Shown piece after piece: positions 35,401-49,759 of a stretch of DNA of 64,000 nt; within the stretch, counting starts at the first letter, position 1; every line of letters starts with the position of its first letter. The DNA is taken from assembly GCF_963921235.1 (NCBI RefSeq), contig NC_086108.1, forward strand, positions 76,634,001 through 76,698,000, given 5' to 3'. The stretch is from Mobula hypostoma. Its lineage: Eukaryota. The notes under the pieces are model-generated. The model searched no databases. It was not told where the DNA came from and saw only the letters and a list, made by a program, of their open reading frames with translations. A program made the position numbers and the translations under genes.

Positions 35401-38400
35401 AAATCATTCAATTGTTCTGAGGTGCATGAAAGTTACCATGAAAATGAAAAATGATTTCCTTATTTCATTCTCTCTTTAAATAATTTTATTACTCTCTTGA
35501 GGAGCTTCGCTGTATGTTTCCATAAACAACTACTGCCCACCTAAAGAATTAGTGAGTTGGTGACCTGATCCATGTCGGACTGTATAGACAGTCATTAGAT
35601 GATATGGATATCATGCAATGATAATCTTTATTTCCTTCATATGGAAAGTGTGCATCAATTTGATATTTGTCCCTCCCTGTCATAGATCCAACTGAAACTG
35701 GACATTTACAGTGTGGAAATTCTGCAAGTAAGCCTGTGGCTCCACCATACACCCCTTTAAATAGATACTAGATTAAAAAAAAGAAAGCTGGTTTAACGCT
35801 TGAATTGGTTTGATTTTACACTAGTTGCATGAAAACTAATGAGTGATAATGACCGGGGATATAAGTTAACACCCAACAGTTTATACATATTGACAAAGGT
35901 TATACCGCATGCTATTGAACGAGTTTTGGGTATTTTGCTTTTTAGGAATTTTATATTTTGGGAAGCTTTTTCTCAGACGTAACTCAAAGTACCCGCATTA
36001 AGCTACCAGGTAACTGAAAAAAAATCCAAAATATTCTTCATGCTGATCTTTCTTTATGTTTATCAGCCTTTTTACCTGCCTACCAAATGATTCAGCACCC
36101 GCATGGAAATATCTTAGAAGTGTTTCATCTCTTGTTAAGTCTATACCTGTATATTTTTGTGTGAATCCTTGCCGGCTCTTTGGCATTTTGTTCACATCGA
36201 GATGTCAAGATTACTTTACCAGGTTTATTAGGTGTCTGCTGTCACACCATTTGCTTTCCACTTCATTAAACCTGTAGCAGAGCCTGATAAAGTTGTTGCA
36301 GGTGGGATAGGGAGCTGTGCACTCTGCAGGATATCAGCTCAACAGTTGAACACATTGTACGTGTCCCACTTTCAAGTCAGTGTTCGTGTTATCTAAAGGG
36401 TTTAACTCTTCAGTGGGCCATGTCAGTGGCAGCCATTTTGTCTATTCCAAAGTATCTTATACCATGTATTTGTCAGATAAGTGTTCTTAACCTACTTAAT
36501 AGCTGCACACATGTTTAGATTTTAGTATTTACTTGTTAATGTCATTTTAAAATAATATTTTTGAATTGAATTCTCTGCTTTATCTGCAAGGGAATTGGAG
36601 GTGTCTGAGAAAATCTTAATGGCCATTTGGAAGGAATATTCAGTTTATGTGATTACTATGGGCCCTTACTTAAGATCACCCCTTGCGTAGGCTTTACATT
36701 CATTGACACTGCTTTGAGCCAGTCATTCAGACAACGTAGTAGAGGATGTAGGTACAATTTGGTATTTCCTCTTCTTATCTGCCCTGGCGTCAGGGTATAC
36801 CTGAAAGATTCAAATCTCGTTTTAAACCTCAGAATGAAAACTTGAGTAGTTTTTACTTGTGTTCTAGACCACTATCTTACTTACTGATCTTTTTCTCAAT
36901 TAAAAATACAAGTAGGTTGTTTCTTTTTGGAGATCTTTTTGTTTGAGGTGATTGGAATGCCATGGACAAGCATGTGCTGGCTTAATTGTTTTTTTTGCAT
37001 GTACCAATCATGATATTAAATGTACATCATATCAATGGAAAGATATCAATGAGAATTATTGTGCAGTGGTCTACCTGTATTTAGCCTACTTGGTGTATTG
37101 TAGAATGGAAAAACAAGAATTGTTTAGTCTTGAGGTTGCAGCTTTAAAGTCATAATACTTGGTTCATGCTGCAAAGATCTGTAATGGGATAAGCAGACGT
37201 AAGTGCTTTAAAAAACACAGTAGATAATTTGCAAGTAGTTATCCAATCCTGTGAACCCCTGAGATGGAGGCTGGTTAGAATTTCTGGAAACAAATGAAGT
37301 GTAACCTGTATAAACATAATTGTTTTGTATAATTGCTCAGCTATTGATAGTTGACTTAGCTGGAAGGATTTATTAAGTCGGTTTCCTGACTTCCTAAAGT
37401 AGATTGTGGTTGGAACTTGGTTTCTGAATTTGGTTTTCAAGGTATATTAAATAAATTGAAGGGACAACAACAGCTGATAAAAATAATGTTATCAAAATGC
37501 TCCATTCTGAAATGGCATGGAACCACAGAATATTTTCATTGAACACTTTTTTTTCATTTTACTCTATGTTTTTATATAAATAATGATGGTGGATGCGTAA
37601 ATCAGCTGAGAGTAGGATTAGTAGACAGCAAAATCCATGAACTATTATTGGTTATCTAACACACCACCACTTTTTCATTCCTGGTGGGTTGATAGTTATT
37701 TCAAACTCAAAATTGAGTTCATTGTCAAATGGTCCAGTACTTACAGCAGCATCGCAGAGCAGAGCTTTATATAAAACAGCATTCTCAAGAGAATTGTAAA
37801 TATGCATACATTGTACGTATGCAACAAATCTAAGGGCTGATGTAACTCAAACTGTAAATACACCACCATTTTCTCAGGATAATGAAGGACTGACAATAAA
37901 TGGACCTTTAGCAGTGCCAATCACATCCCAGGTAAATTGAAGTTTAAAGGTAGCCCTTTCTAAAGGATACTTGAGAACACTGAACTGCTCTGTCTGGGGA
38001 AACCTGCCTACACCTCCTTTATTAAACCTTCATGAGTGACTATGTGGGTTTCTTTTTGGTATTCCGGTTACCCCACCCTTGTCCCAAATATGCAGTATGT
38101 AGGTCTGTAGGGTTAATTGGTCTCAGTAAATATAGTATGTAGCTGAATGGTAGAATATGGAAGGACTTGAGGAGAATAAAATGGAATTGACTGGGGATTA
38201 TTGTTAATGGATGCTTAATGGTTGGCACAGACTCAGTGAGATAAAGGGCCTGTTTATGATCTTTGTGATGATTTTCATTTTCATCATAAGCTCAAAAGTC
38301 TTCACCTGGAATTTCAGCCTATTTTGGTGTGTAGATGTTCTAAATAAATCCAATAAATCAGCATGGACGCACACCACTTGAACCCAAATAAAGAAAGCCT

Positions 38401-40444
38401 CCTTTTGAGCCAAGAAGGATAATTGGAATCAGAATAAAAGGTTTCTGCACAGGTACTTTTGTACTCAAACTTAGACATTTGGGTCTGACTTTGATCCTTG
38501 GTTTTGAAGAATAATATTATGCTTAACTGGAGTGTCCTTAATCATAAAATATATTTTTTACATACATCATGAAAGATTATATATATAATAAGGTTATATA
38601 CTTCTTTTCTGAAGTTAACTTCATTTTGAGCTTAGACTTTTAAAGAAATTCTTAGCTGGTTTGAATGCCCATTTTTTAAAAAAGAAAATATTCTGTCTCC
38701 CTTCCCTTCATAAAACCCCACAGCTTCTCCCCTCCATGCACTTTCTTATCTCCTTGTCTCCAAAACATTTTAAGAATGCTCATCCAAGTGACTCCTCTGA
38801 GTTATTTATCTTTATTTGTGAAGCTAAGTCATGTACCTTGATCAAAATTACAGACAGGTAAGTCCTCAGAGCTAAACTCTCCCAGATGCCCACCCCCATC
38901 CTAGAATTGAAGCCGAAAAGCTGTTTATATGTGCAAACAAATATTTTTACCAAAGCAATGCTCTGGAGTGATTTCTCCTCTGAGGAATTTTATTTTGTTT
39001 ATACAGTACATTAATATTTTGAAAGTATTGGTATAATATATATAATATGATATTTAAAAATATATGTAATGCAGAAGGGTTATTGAAAGTGGTACTGATA
39101 TAATGCCAGATTAATTACATTGCACGTTTCTTACCAATATGATGTTTTTTATATAGTGTCTTATGGGCAATACATGGACTGTTAATTACATGCATTGATT
39201 TTGTCATCTTTCAATTTAAAAGTTTTGCTGTTCTGCAGTTCTTTTTCTATATTGCAGTGGTATTTTGATATCTTGATAAATGAGTAAATTGTATATGAAA
39301 AATCCCTGATAATTCTAGGGCATTCTTCATTGTATTCATTTTAAATCTTGACGCCTAGTGATAGTCATAGTACAGCAGATCAGGCTTGAAATTAACACTA
39401 ATCTCCTTGACTGAGACCAGCATGTTTATCATTGGACCACTGCAATTACCCTGCTGGATCAGTAATTCCATTCCAACAGTAACACAAGTAGAGAAAGCAC
39501 TTTATACTTGTATTTTACATATCACTTTCAGCAGATCTTTGTGTTACAGTCAGTGCCTTTCTTGTTTCCAGTATGTTGGTGGACCATATTTTTTTATCTG
39601 CTAATCCTGATATCTCCCGGTTCTGCAATCTGAAGTTTCAAAAGTACAAGACCAAAATTATGGTGGAAATTAAGTGTTAATACATCTTCATCTACATTAC
39701 TAAACAATTGCTGGATTTTTTTTTGCATTTTATCTTGTTTCAATGATGAATCTTCAAAGAGTTAATCTGAGAAAAATTTCCTGAAAGGGCTGTCAGCATA
39801 GTCATTCAGAATAAAGTTACTAAGATGCTTTTAGCAAGCTATTTGTAATGGTAAGCTCAGAAATTCTTCCCACCATTGGTACGATTGATTAAGCTAAACC
39901 TATTGGCTGAAACGTTCCTGTAACCAGCAGCGTAGGTATTCAAGAAATAAAAGTATGTTAAAACTGAATGCTATTTATTGTAGCTATTTGATTTTCTTTT
40001 CTTAAATAGCTGCTGATCAATGCTAACTTCTCTTGCTTTGAGCTTTTTCCTTGTTCCTTTCAGATCATAATAGTGCTATGTATTTTAACAGTTCTTCAGT
40101 ACCTTATTCATGTGATTATTCTTTGCACATGAATTAGACAGAAAAATCTAGTTTCCTGTTCCATCTGGGGTAACACACCAAAGTCCAATCAATTACCAGC
40201 TAATGTTCTAAATATATTTCTAAAAATCCTTAGCAGGAACTGCATCGTAATTGGCAACGGCATCTTTGGATATTCTTTCACATTTCTGGCTTGAATGCTA
40301 TTCTATTTCACGAATACCGTCATAGTGAACTCAAAACAGACTAAAGACTGAATGTAAGGAATTTAGGATTTGTTTCTCTGGTAATTGTCACTGAAATTGC
40401 TTGGTTTCTCATGGGAGCCTTGAGGAAGTAACTTGAAACCTGGG

Positions 40445-40855
40445 AACCTCGCCATCCAGACCATGTTCTTTTTCTGCTGCTGCCATCAGGTAGAAGGTAC
40501 AAGAGCCTCAGGACTCGCATCACCAGGTTCAAGAACAGTCACTACCCCTCAACAAACAGGCTCTTGAACAAAGGAGGATAGCTCTACTCATCTATTGAGA
40601 TGTTCCCAAAACAAATGATCTCTCTTTAAGAACTCTTTATTTTGTTATTTCATGCTCTTGTTACTTACTGCTATTTATTTATATTTGCATCAGCACAGTT
40701 TGTTGATTTCTATGTCCTCTTGATCTTTCATTGATCCTGTTCATAGTTTCGATTCTATAAATTTGCTAAGTATGCTCACAGGAAAAAGAATCTCAGGGTT
40801 GTATGTACATATATGTACTCTGATAATAAATTTTACTTTGAACTTTGAAGTTTGA
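40445..40855 (+). mobile_element. Rex1/Babar-like LINE 3' end
   Basis: HPDHVLFLLLPSGRRYKSLRTRITRFKNS coding remnant, 3' UTR and (CTTTGAA)n tail. Confidence 0.85.
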
Positions 40856-40944
40856 AAGCCTTGTTATGTTTGACCTTCCAAAACGCATTACATTGCACTT
40901 GCTTGAATTAAAATTCATCAGCTATTTCTTCACCTGTATTTCCA

Positions 40945-43120
40945 AATACAGGAAAGGATACAGTAAATGGCAAAATCCTTAGGAGCATTGGTTTGGAGGG
41001 GGATCTTAGAATGCAAGAGCATTGATTCCTGAAAGCAGCAACCCAAGTAGATAGGACAGTAAAGAAAGTGTAGTTTTCATTGGATGAGGCATCGAATATA
41101 AAAGTTGAGAAGTCATGTTACTGCTGCATAATGCTTTAGTAGGACCATATTTGGAGATTTCTGTGCAGTTTTGATTGCCACAGTATAAGGTGGATGTGGA
41201 ATCTTTGCAGAGGGACTTACACCAGGATGTTGCCTGGATTGGAGTGAATAAATTATCAGGAGAGGCTGGACAAACTTGGATAATTCTCTCTAGAGTATCA
41301 GAAGCTGAATGGCAACTTATAGAAGAATAAAAAATTGTGCATTGTATAGATATGGTAGATAGTCTTTGTCGCAAGACATCAGGGTGGAAATATGTTTACG
41401 ATGAGAGGAACAAAGTTAAAGGAGATGTGTGATGCAAGTATTTTACACAGAGGGTTGCCGGTGCCTGCAAAACATTGTCAGGAGAAGTGGTAGAAGTAGA
41501 TACATTAGCATCAATTAAGAGGCATTCAAATAGATACATGAACAGATAGGAGAATAGAAGGATTTAGACCAGGGGTAGGCAACCTACGGCCCACGGGCCA
41601 AATCCGGTCCGTGAAGTTATTTTGACCGGCCCGCGAGCAAATATTGGGATTCTATGCTTACCCGGCCTGTGAGTGATTTTTCCTTATTCTGAGTGTTTCA
41701 CACGACCACACTGATGGACATGCATGGCGTCTTGTTACATTGGCCCAGGTTCCATTTTGTTTCAAACCAAACACTGGTCTATACAAATGACGGGAAGGCA
41801 GACTACCTTAAATATGTATTAAATACTGTCCATACAGGTTTTCAGATGGGATCGTTCAAATTTGTAAACAGAAACAGCATCACTGTGTTTTAACAAGAAA
41901 TCCATGCTAAATATCCAGATATTTACATGTGCTACGATACTTGTTGAATAACTCCCGTTTCGAAATAAAATCGAACAAAAAAATTCCAATGGCAATGAAT
42001 GCAAAACACAGGAAGGTAGACACTGAGTGTGGAAATTTCCGAAACACTTGGACACGAGATTAATTCTTCATTGAGCAAGCTGGGAAACCAGTTTGTCTCA
42101 TTTGCCTAGAAAATGTTGCTGTGAAGAAGGTGGCAAATATCAGGCGACATTACGAGACCCGCCGTAGTGGAAATTTTAACAAGTTTATTGGGCAAGCAAG
42201 GAACGGTGAAGTTGAGTGAATGAAGGCTAGTTTCGGAAAACGAAACGTCCTTTTTTGCCAAGGAAAGCAGTGAAAATGAAGGAAGTGCCCGCGTCAGCTA
42301 CGAAGTCTCAAAACGTATTGTCTAAAAAAGTGGACACTGCATCAGAAATTTTTCAAATGGAATTGATTGAGATGCAGTGTGACGACATACTGAGATTGAA
42401 ACTTCATTCTGAAGACGTGTCAGTGCTTGACTTCTATAGAAAGTATATTCACCCAAGTGGGAAGTATCCTAACTTAGTGGACCATGCAAAAATGATGGCA
42501 TCATTGTTTGGCAGTACTTATCTGTGTGAGCAATTATTTTCAGAAATGAAGCACACCAAGAACCATTTGAGAACAAGATTGACCGGTGCCCATCTGGATA
42601 ATGTCTTGCTCTTGGCATCAACAAGTTTGACACCCAACATTGAGAAGCTTTCAAGCAACAAGCAGCATCGTTTCACATTGATTTAGTGACTGTTTGCATT
42701 AAATTTTCCTTTTTATTATACTTAATTTACCACCATTCAATGCATCATGTTCATACGTTTTATGTTTAAAGATGCTTTGTGTCCTTTTAATAGATTCAAA
42801 AGATGCCTTGATTGAAATAAATTGCAGCTAAACTGAGTTCTTTGATTACTAATTGGCATCCTTGGTTAAGCACAAATGATTTTCTAGCATGTGTTATTCA
42901 TTAATTTGTGGGAAAACATAACTAGATGTATTTAAATGGATAATTCCCATATTTCAAGTTTTTTATGGCATTTATCTGGCCCACCGTCCGCTCATTAATA
43001 CGCGATCCGGCCCACAGAGGTAAAAAGGTAGCCGACCCCTGGTTTAGACAATGAGACTGGTGAGATTAGTCGAGATTGGCATTGATGGGCTAAAGAGCCT
43101 GCTGCTGTAGTCTATGTTCT
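40945..43120 (+). mobile_element. Old CR1 3' fragment split by a hAT insertion
   Basis: CR1-type RT C-terminal sequence at 40945-41561 continues at 43050-43120 (GATGGGCTAAAGAGCCTG...CTATGTTCT). Confidence 0.7.
41570..43041 (+). mobile_element. hAT DNA transposon (Charlie/Buster, GTF2IRD2-like), internally deleted, 1472 bp
   Basis: TIRs CAGGGGTAGGCAACCT / rc CAGGGGTCGGCTACCT; 8-bp TSD ATTTAGAC / GTTTAGAC; BED-finger remnant KPVCLICLENVAVKKVANIRRHYET; hATC dimerisation domain FQMELIEMQCD...FGSTYLCEQLFSEMK..K..LRTRLT (ORF 42255-42686). Confidence 0.95.
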
Positions 43121-43344
43121 CCTTTGATTGCCCTTAGTGTTATGATCATATAGTTATCAGAGGGTTCTAAAGATTGTAAATTAATGAGAAGAACTCATTC
43201 TTTCCATAATAAATATATGTTCAGCAATGTTATTTACCATGTTTTGTATGTAGATTTGTTTTAGTCCAGTACAAAAATATTTTAGGAAGTATTTTTGCTG
43301 CAGTCTATTTTCTATAGCTGGTCCAATGTATTTCTATTTAACTT

Positions 43345-43535
43345 TAATTTATGGATACAGCACGGTAACAGGCCCTTCTGGCCCAATGAGCCCACGCTGC
43401 TCAATTGTATCCATGTGACCAATTAACCCACGAGCCGATGCATCTCTGAATGTGGGAGGAAAGTGGAGCACCCAGAAGAAACTCATACGGTCACAGGGAG
43501 AACGTACTCTACAAACTCCTCACAGACGGCGGCAG
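43345..43535 (-). mobile_element. V-SINE/HE1-like SINE fragment
   Basis: rc of core (TGTGGGAGGAAAGTGGAGCACCCAGAAGAAAC...GGGAGAACGTAC) and tail. Confidence 0.8.
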
Positions 43536-45869
43536 TTTTGTTTGGATCCCTAACAGTCTACTTTTAATAATATGCAATCCCTTAGGTCAATAAAATATCT
43601 TATTAAATCTATATTTTAATTCCTTTGCATCAGCCATTTACTTATCTAAATTTGCTGACATTCAGTAAAGGCGTTGGAAGACATGTTGTGACTCATGACA
43701 ATTCTTCCAATTTGCTCCATTTGTTGAGAAGCTGAGAAGCATTGATATTTCTTCCTTTAAATTATTGAACCCACGATCTTCTCTTACGCTCTCAGAGGAC
43801 CGCCTCTGATGCTGAGTGTAACAGTCATTGACTGCTGATGCTAAAAATGTGAAGTGGTAATTGATCAACCTTCTCATATTTAACATGGTTACTGAATAAT
43901 ATTTTTACATTGGTTTCTCACAATTTTTTTTAATCCAAGCTCAGATCATTGATTTGCTTACTGAAAATGGAGGAAGCAGTAACATGTTACTCTCTCTCTG
44001 GATCAGATACATTCCATTAAATTGATCAATACACAAAACGCGAAACCCTGAGTGTTGACAAAACTAAATAAATATAGATGAGCGACAGAAAGGAAATTAG
44101 ATTTATGTCAAAGAATCCTGGCAAAATACATTTAACCCTTTCACCTTCATAAAACATAAAGGTGTTTATGTAATATGTGGAAAGAGGTGAAGGTTGGGTT
44201 GGAGGTAAGAGAGGTATCGACATGGAGAAATTATTATAACTTTTTATACCCACAAGCAGTTCTTTGAGTAAACCACAGAATACATTTCGCTGGATGAATG
44301 GTATTCGACTTTAAACAAATATCAGTGTGGAATCTAAAGTGGTCAGACAACAGCAGTAAATATGTGAAATGTTATAGATGCTGGAAATCTGAATTAAAAC
44401 AGAAATGCTCAGCAAGTCGGGTAGCATCTGTGTTATTATGTGTGGACATACTAAAGAACTTTAGTTCCCAGTGGACAATGTGGGCAGTTCATCTGGAACC
44501 GGAAGAGTTGTTGGTGAGCTGGTTGCTCGCGCTCAAGTTGAGCTGAAACCATGACTGGAGTGTCCTGTAAATAAATATGTTTTAGTTTTTGCCCATGCTG
44601 TTTGTCTTTATAAGAACAAATATAACAGCATCCATGTATAGACAAACAGTTTTTATTCAGCAGTAATATTGGACTTTCAATCTTCAAACTGCCTTTAGCC
44701 TTTCTCACTGCATGGCCCGGCAGCCGTCAATCTGTTTAACCGTGTCCTCAACTGCACCTTGAACTGAGCTCTGAGTTTTTTCTTGTGATCAGCGGCAGCT
44801 TGTCCAAAGGGGCCAGATTGAAGGTATCTTGTTTATAATCTCTTCATCCTATGTAGAGATCCTGTAAGGGTCTGCTGGGTGGCAGCATTCCGGAGGCAAC
44901 CATTGAACTGAGTCTAAAATCCACAACCACGTTCCACAGAACTCCATGATTTAGCTTCTACGTTTAAATTGCCACCCCACCACACAGAGGAGACCTCTTT
45001 AACTGTGATCTCCTTCTATTCTATTTTATTCCAAAATTTAATATACAAACGTACTTGACCACAGTATCTTCACCTAACAGCTTGGCTCTGTTCATGAGTG
45101 GGCTGGCATCATTGCTGAGTTCCATTTTTGTTCAACCAATTATAGCACAAACAGTCCCTGTGGACATTTTTCTTCCCATCCTGCAGAGTTATCTCTAGGT
45201 TCCATCTTCATCTACACTTATTTTATCCTGAAAATGTGAGACCAGCTTCCTTCTATAAGCCATCATCTTTTTCCACAGTTCCATTGTTTCCCTGCCAAAA
45301 AGCTGCTTTAGTCATAGGATATCTGTTATTTACCATAATTAACTTCAGGATTATTGACCCTACCAGCCTTGACTCACACTGCAAATTCTTTGATCTTGCG
45401 AATTATTCCATCCCTCTCCTCGGCCATTGTTCTAGATTTAACAAGTGTTTACAGCTCATATCCTTTTCCACTTCTTTCCCCACTTCAGCCCATCTGCTGC
45501 TCAATTTCTATCAGTCTTTGAGCCCCTTAGATTCAACTACTTTAATTCTCTCCTGTCCAGCTTCTGATTTTCAACTACTCATCTCTCCAGCTCATCCGAA
45601 ATACAAGAGCCTCGAATTTATTCTGTGCCAAGTCCTGCTGGAGCTCAATGTTCTTGAGAAAATAAGCTGTGGGTTGAGTTAATCTCCACACGTAGATTTG
45701 CTTTGGCCCATAGATCAAGATGTGAGGACAGCCAGCAGCTATTATCTTGCATCCATTATGTATTAGTGACCAAATAGAGATTATCATCTTGCCGTGCACC
45801 GCCATATCTCCACAGAGATCTGCTTAAATCCATCTCCCTCCTCACAATTCTTTCCTACTAACCAGGTGG

Positions 45870-46868
45870 GGTACCTAAAACGTCAGGTTACAGGTATAAT
45901 GTGAGAGAGAGCTGGGATGTGATGACGAATATTTTCATACTGGTTGGAATCTAGAGTGCGCTGCCTGATGGTGGAGGCTGGCTGTTGCACAACTCTTAGG
46001 ATGCATCTGGGCAATAACAAGACCAGATCTGCCGATACCAGAGGATTTCCTGTTAAGGTGAGTGGAGGAAATGTTTAAGGGTGATATCAGAGGTAGGGTT
46101 TTTACAAAGAGCGGGGTAATTGCTTGGATTGCACTGCCAGGAATATTGGTACAGTAGAGGTAGATACCTTAGGGATATTTTAGAGACTCTCAGATAGGCA
46201 CACGGATGAAAGAAACATGAAGGGTTGGGGCTATGTAAGAGGGAGGGATTAGATAGATCATGGAGTGGGTTAAAAGGCTGGCACACCATCACGGACAGAG
46301 GGGCCTATTCTGTGCTTACGGTTCTATGTTCAGGATCTTTATCTAAGAAAGGATGTGCTGCCATTGGAGAGGATCCAGAGGAAGTTCATGGGAATGATTC
46401 CAGGAATGAAAGGGGTTAACAGATGAGGAGCATTTGATAGCTCTGGGCCTGTACTTGCTGAAGTTTAGAAGAATGAGGGGGAGAGCTCATTGAAATCTAT
46501 CAAATATTGAAAAGCCTAGATAGAGTGGATGTGGAGAGGATGTTCCTATCGTGGGGGAGTCTAGGGCCAGAGGGCACAGCCTCAAAATAGAGGGTCATCC
46601 ACTTAGAACAGAGATGAGGACATTTTTCTATAGCCAGAGGGTGGGGAATCTGTGGAATTCCTTGCTGCAGATGGTGTGGAGGTCAAGTCATTGAGTATAT
46701 TTAAAGTGGTTGTTGATAGGGTATTGATTAGTAAGGCCATCAAAGGTTATAGGGAGAGGACAGGAGGATGAGATGATTAATATATTAGCCATAATGAAAT
46801 GCCAGAGTAGACTCAATGGGCCAAATGGCCTAATTCTGCTCCTATGTCTTATGGTCTTATGGTTCTAA
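45870..46868 (+). mobile_element. Two adjacent CR1 3' fragments (older 45870-46330, younger 46335-46868)
   Basis: CR1 ORF2 C-terminal sequence (AAGGATGTGCTGCCATTGGAGAGG..., GLDRVDVERMF-like) ending CTATGTCTTATGGTCTTATGG. Confidence 0.85.
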
Positions 46869-48721
46869 CCTGCATACTGCCTTCCTGCAAAGCTCTGAAT
46901 TTGATATTTTTTTATTTTTCCCTCACCTCCTGTCCCCACTCTCTTCACTCTATCATTGTTAGTGGTTCCTTCAGCTTTCTAGAAAATATTTCTTCATCTA
47001 TTTGTACTTTAAGATTGTCTATAAACCCTATCCCTCTGGCCACTTATTATTTCCATATTTGGTAGAACACCCACTTTCAGTCTGACCATGGTGTCTGTGA
47101 CATCATTATTAAAGGAACCATATAAATGCAAGTTGTTAAATTTGACCTGATTTGGTCCAATTTCTTTGGGAATGTTTACATTTACTTTACCATGCAGATT
47201 CAATTCACCTGTTTCAGTTTTCACTGTAATTAAAAATCTTGCTGTGTCCTTAGCATTTATGGATTCCAAAGGGTAATTACTCTAAGTTGTCCTGGAAAAG
47301 TAGCAGACACTCTTGTTGATGGCTCTCATATTATGGATATACTTACCATTTCTTATACGGTACTATACATTTTTATGATACTCTTTCCATTTTGAACTAG
47401 CTTTGAAGTGAATATGTTATGCAGAGTGGTATATTTTAAAGAACTAATTTAAATACTTTTTCTTTTCTAAGTGCCACTGTATATATTTTTATGAAGCATA
47501 CATCTATATTGTATTTTTGTTATGAGCTTAATGGCTCTGTTTGCTTTAACATTATTTCTTCACTATAGCTTGAAAAATATATGGGCATTTATCCAGGTGC
47601 CGTGCCCAGAAGTAAAAACTCCCAGTATCATTTTGTCCCTTTTGGTTGGCTAATTGGGTTAAGCTGTAAATTTATCTTGGAGTAATGTATATATGCTAAT
47701 AGATGGCTGACATTAAATTGCAAATTATTTATTCAAATCAATGGTTCTGACAACTTCAAAAAACATTTGAGCTTGCCTTTTGTGGTTTACAGATGCCAAC
47801 AAAACCAAGACATTGAATCAATATGTTGAACTCAATGTGCTTATAATATTTCTTATTATTTGCATTTTATTGTCTGAAGTTCAAGCTGATAAAGCAATGT
47901 AATTTTTTTAGTTCTTAATTGGAATCATGTGAACAAAGAAATGACTGTTAGATGATAAAAGCACGAAAGGACAAGTAGTAAGAGGTATAAAAGAAAAATG
48001 CTTTAAAAGGTATACTGAATCTAAAAACAGGAGTCTTTATTTTTTGAGAGAGGGAGAATTTGGACCATTATAGACAGATACCAGTGAGTGCATAATGTAT
48101 AGTAAGGAGCTAACAAAAATGTTCAAGCTGCATACAATGTCTATTTTGGAAAGAATAAAACTGCAACTCAAAAGAAAATAAGAGAAAAGCAAAACATCAG
48201 TGCATTTAAAAAGAAAAATAGTAGAGCATAATATATTTGGAGTGAAAATAGTGGAATCCCATGGATATAGTTTGTACTAAAAGAACAACACTAAGAAAAA
48301 TAATGAGGAAATTGCAGAAATGCTACAAATGATTTTCCAAAATACTTTAGATTCAGTAATATGCTTTATGCATTAAAAACATTTTTTTACAAGATGAAAA
48401 TTGAGCCCTCATCATTAAAGCCACTCACATAGGGAAGGAATGAGGGGCAGTCAATGGACAGCAGGATCTTGTTCACCCTTTAGCCCCATAAATGTTTAAA
48501 CAATATCTCCGTGTTGGTTGTTGTTTGTTAGGCTGCTTTTATGCCATGATATCCTGAGGAGAACAGATCTGAAATCAGTCCCGCATCCTTACAGGATCCC
48601 GAACAAGTGTTGGGCTCCACATTTCAAAAGATCCAAGTGCCTATTTAGGGTGGGTGTTAGCATTGCTTTAAAAATCCTTCAACTCAGTACATACTTGAAG
48701 AGAAATTGGTGTTTTTGATAC

Positions 48722-49672
48722 CAATTGATTGTGTAGCCAAGTTTCCATCGAACTCAATATATAAGTTTGCTGATGACACAACAATTGTAGGCTGTATCTC
48801 GGGTAATGATGAGTTTGAGTACAGAGAGGAAATTAAGAACCTGGTGGCATGGTGCGAAGACAATAACCTATCCCTCAACGTCAGCAAGATGAAGGAATTG
48901 GTTGTTGACTTCAGAAGGAGTAGCAGACCGCACGACCCAATTTACATCGGTGGTGTGCAAGTGGAACAGGTCAAAAGCTTTAAATTCTTGGGGGGTCAAT
49001 ATCACAAATGACCTGACTTGGTCCAACCAAGCAGAGTCCACTGCCAAGAAGGCCCACCAGCGTCTTTACTTCCTCAGAAAACTAAAGAAATTTGGCCTGT
49101 CCCCTAAAACCATCACTAATTTTTATAGATGCATCGTAGAAAGCATTCTTCTAGGGTGCATCACAACCTGATAAGGAAGTTGTCCTGTCCAAGACCGGAA
49201 GAAGTTGCAGAAGATCATGAACATGGTGCAGCACATCACACAAACCAATCTTCCGTCCTTGGACTCACTTTACACCGCACGCTGTCGGAGCAGTGCTGCC
49301 AGGATAATCAAGGACACGACCCACCCAGCCAACACACTTTTCGTCCCTCTTCCCTCCGGGAGAAGGCTCAGGAGCTTGAAGACTCGTGTACGGCCAGATT
49401 TGGGAATAGCTTCTTTCCAACTGTGATAAGACTGCTGAACGGATCCTGACCCGGATCTGGGCCGGATCCTCCAAATATCCGGACCTGCCTCTCAGTTTTT
49501 TTTGCACTACCTTACTTTCTATTTTTCTATTTACAATTTATAATTTAAATTTTTAATAATTATTATCGATTTGTAATCCAGGGAGCGGGAAGCGCAGAAT
49601 CAAATATCGCTGTGATGATTGAACGTTCTAGTATCAATTGTTTGGCGACAATAAAGTATAAAGTATAAAGTA
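48722..49672 (+). mobile_element. Rex1/Babar-like non-LTR retrotransposon, 5'-truncated, relatively young
   Basis: DCVAKFPSNSIYKFADDTTIVG...YREEIKNLVAWCEDNNLSLNVSK.KELVVDFRR, KKAHQRLYFLRKL, HPANTLFVPLPSGRRLRS; (TATAAAG)n tail. Confidence 0.93.
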
Positions 49673-49759
49673 TTTTTGCACCCGATAAAAGATGAGAACA
49701 AGATTTAATTTTCATTGAAAGTGTGCCAAAAAATTCCAGGCAAGAATCACCCTTCACAG

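Noticed and set aside
36091..36110. TTCAGCACC as a REST/RE1 site
   Set aside because: The right half-site GGACAG is absent
45236..45682. 148-aa ORF
   Set aside because: Leu/Ser/Phe-rich, likely the antisense of a decayed purine-rich LINE remnant; no domain recognised
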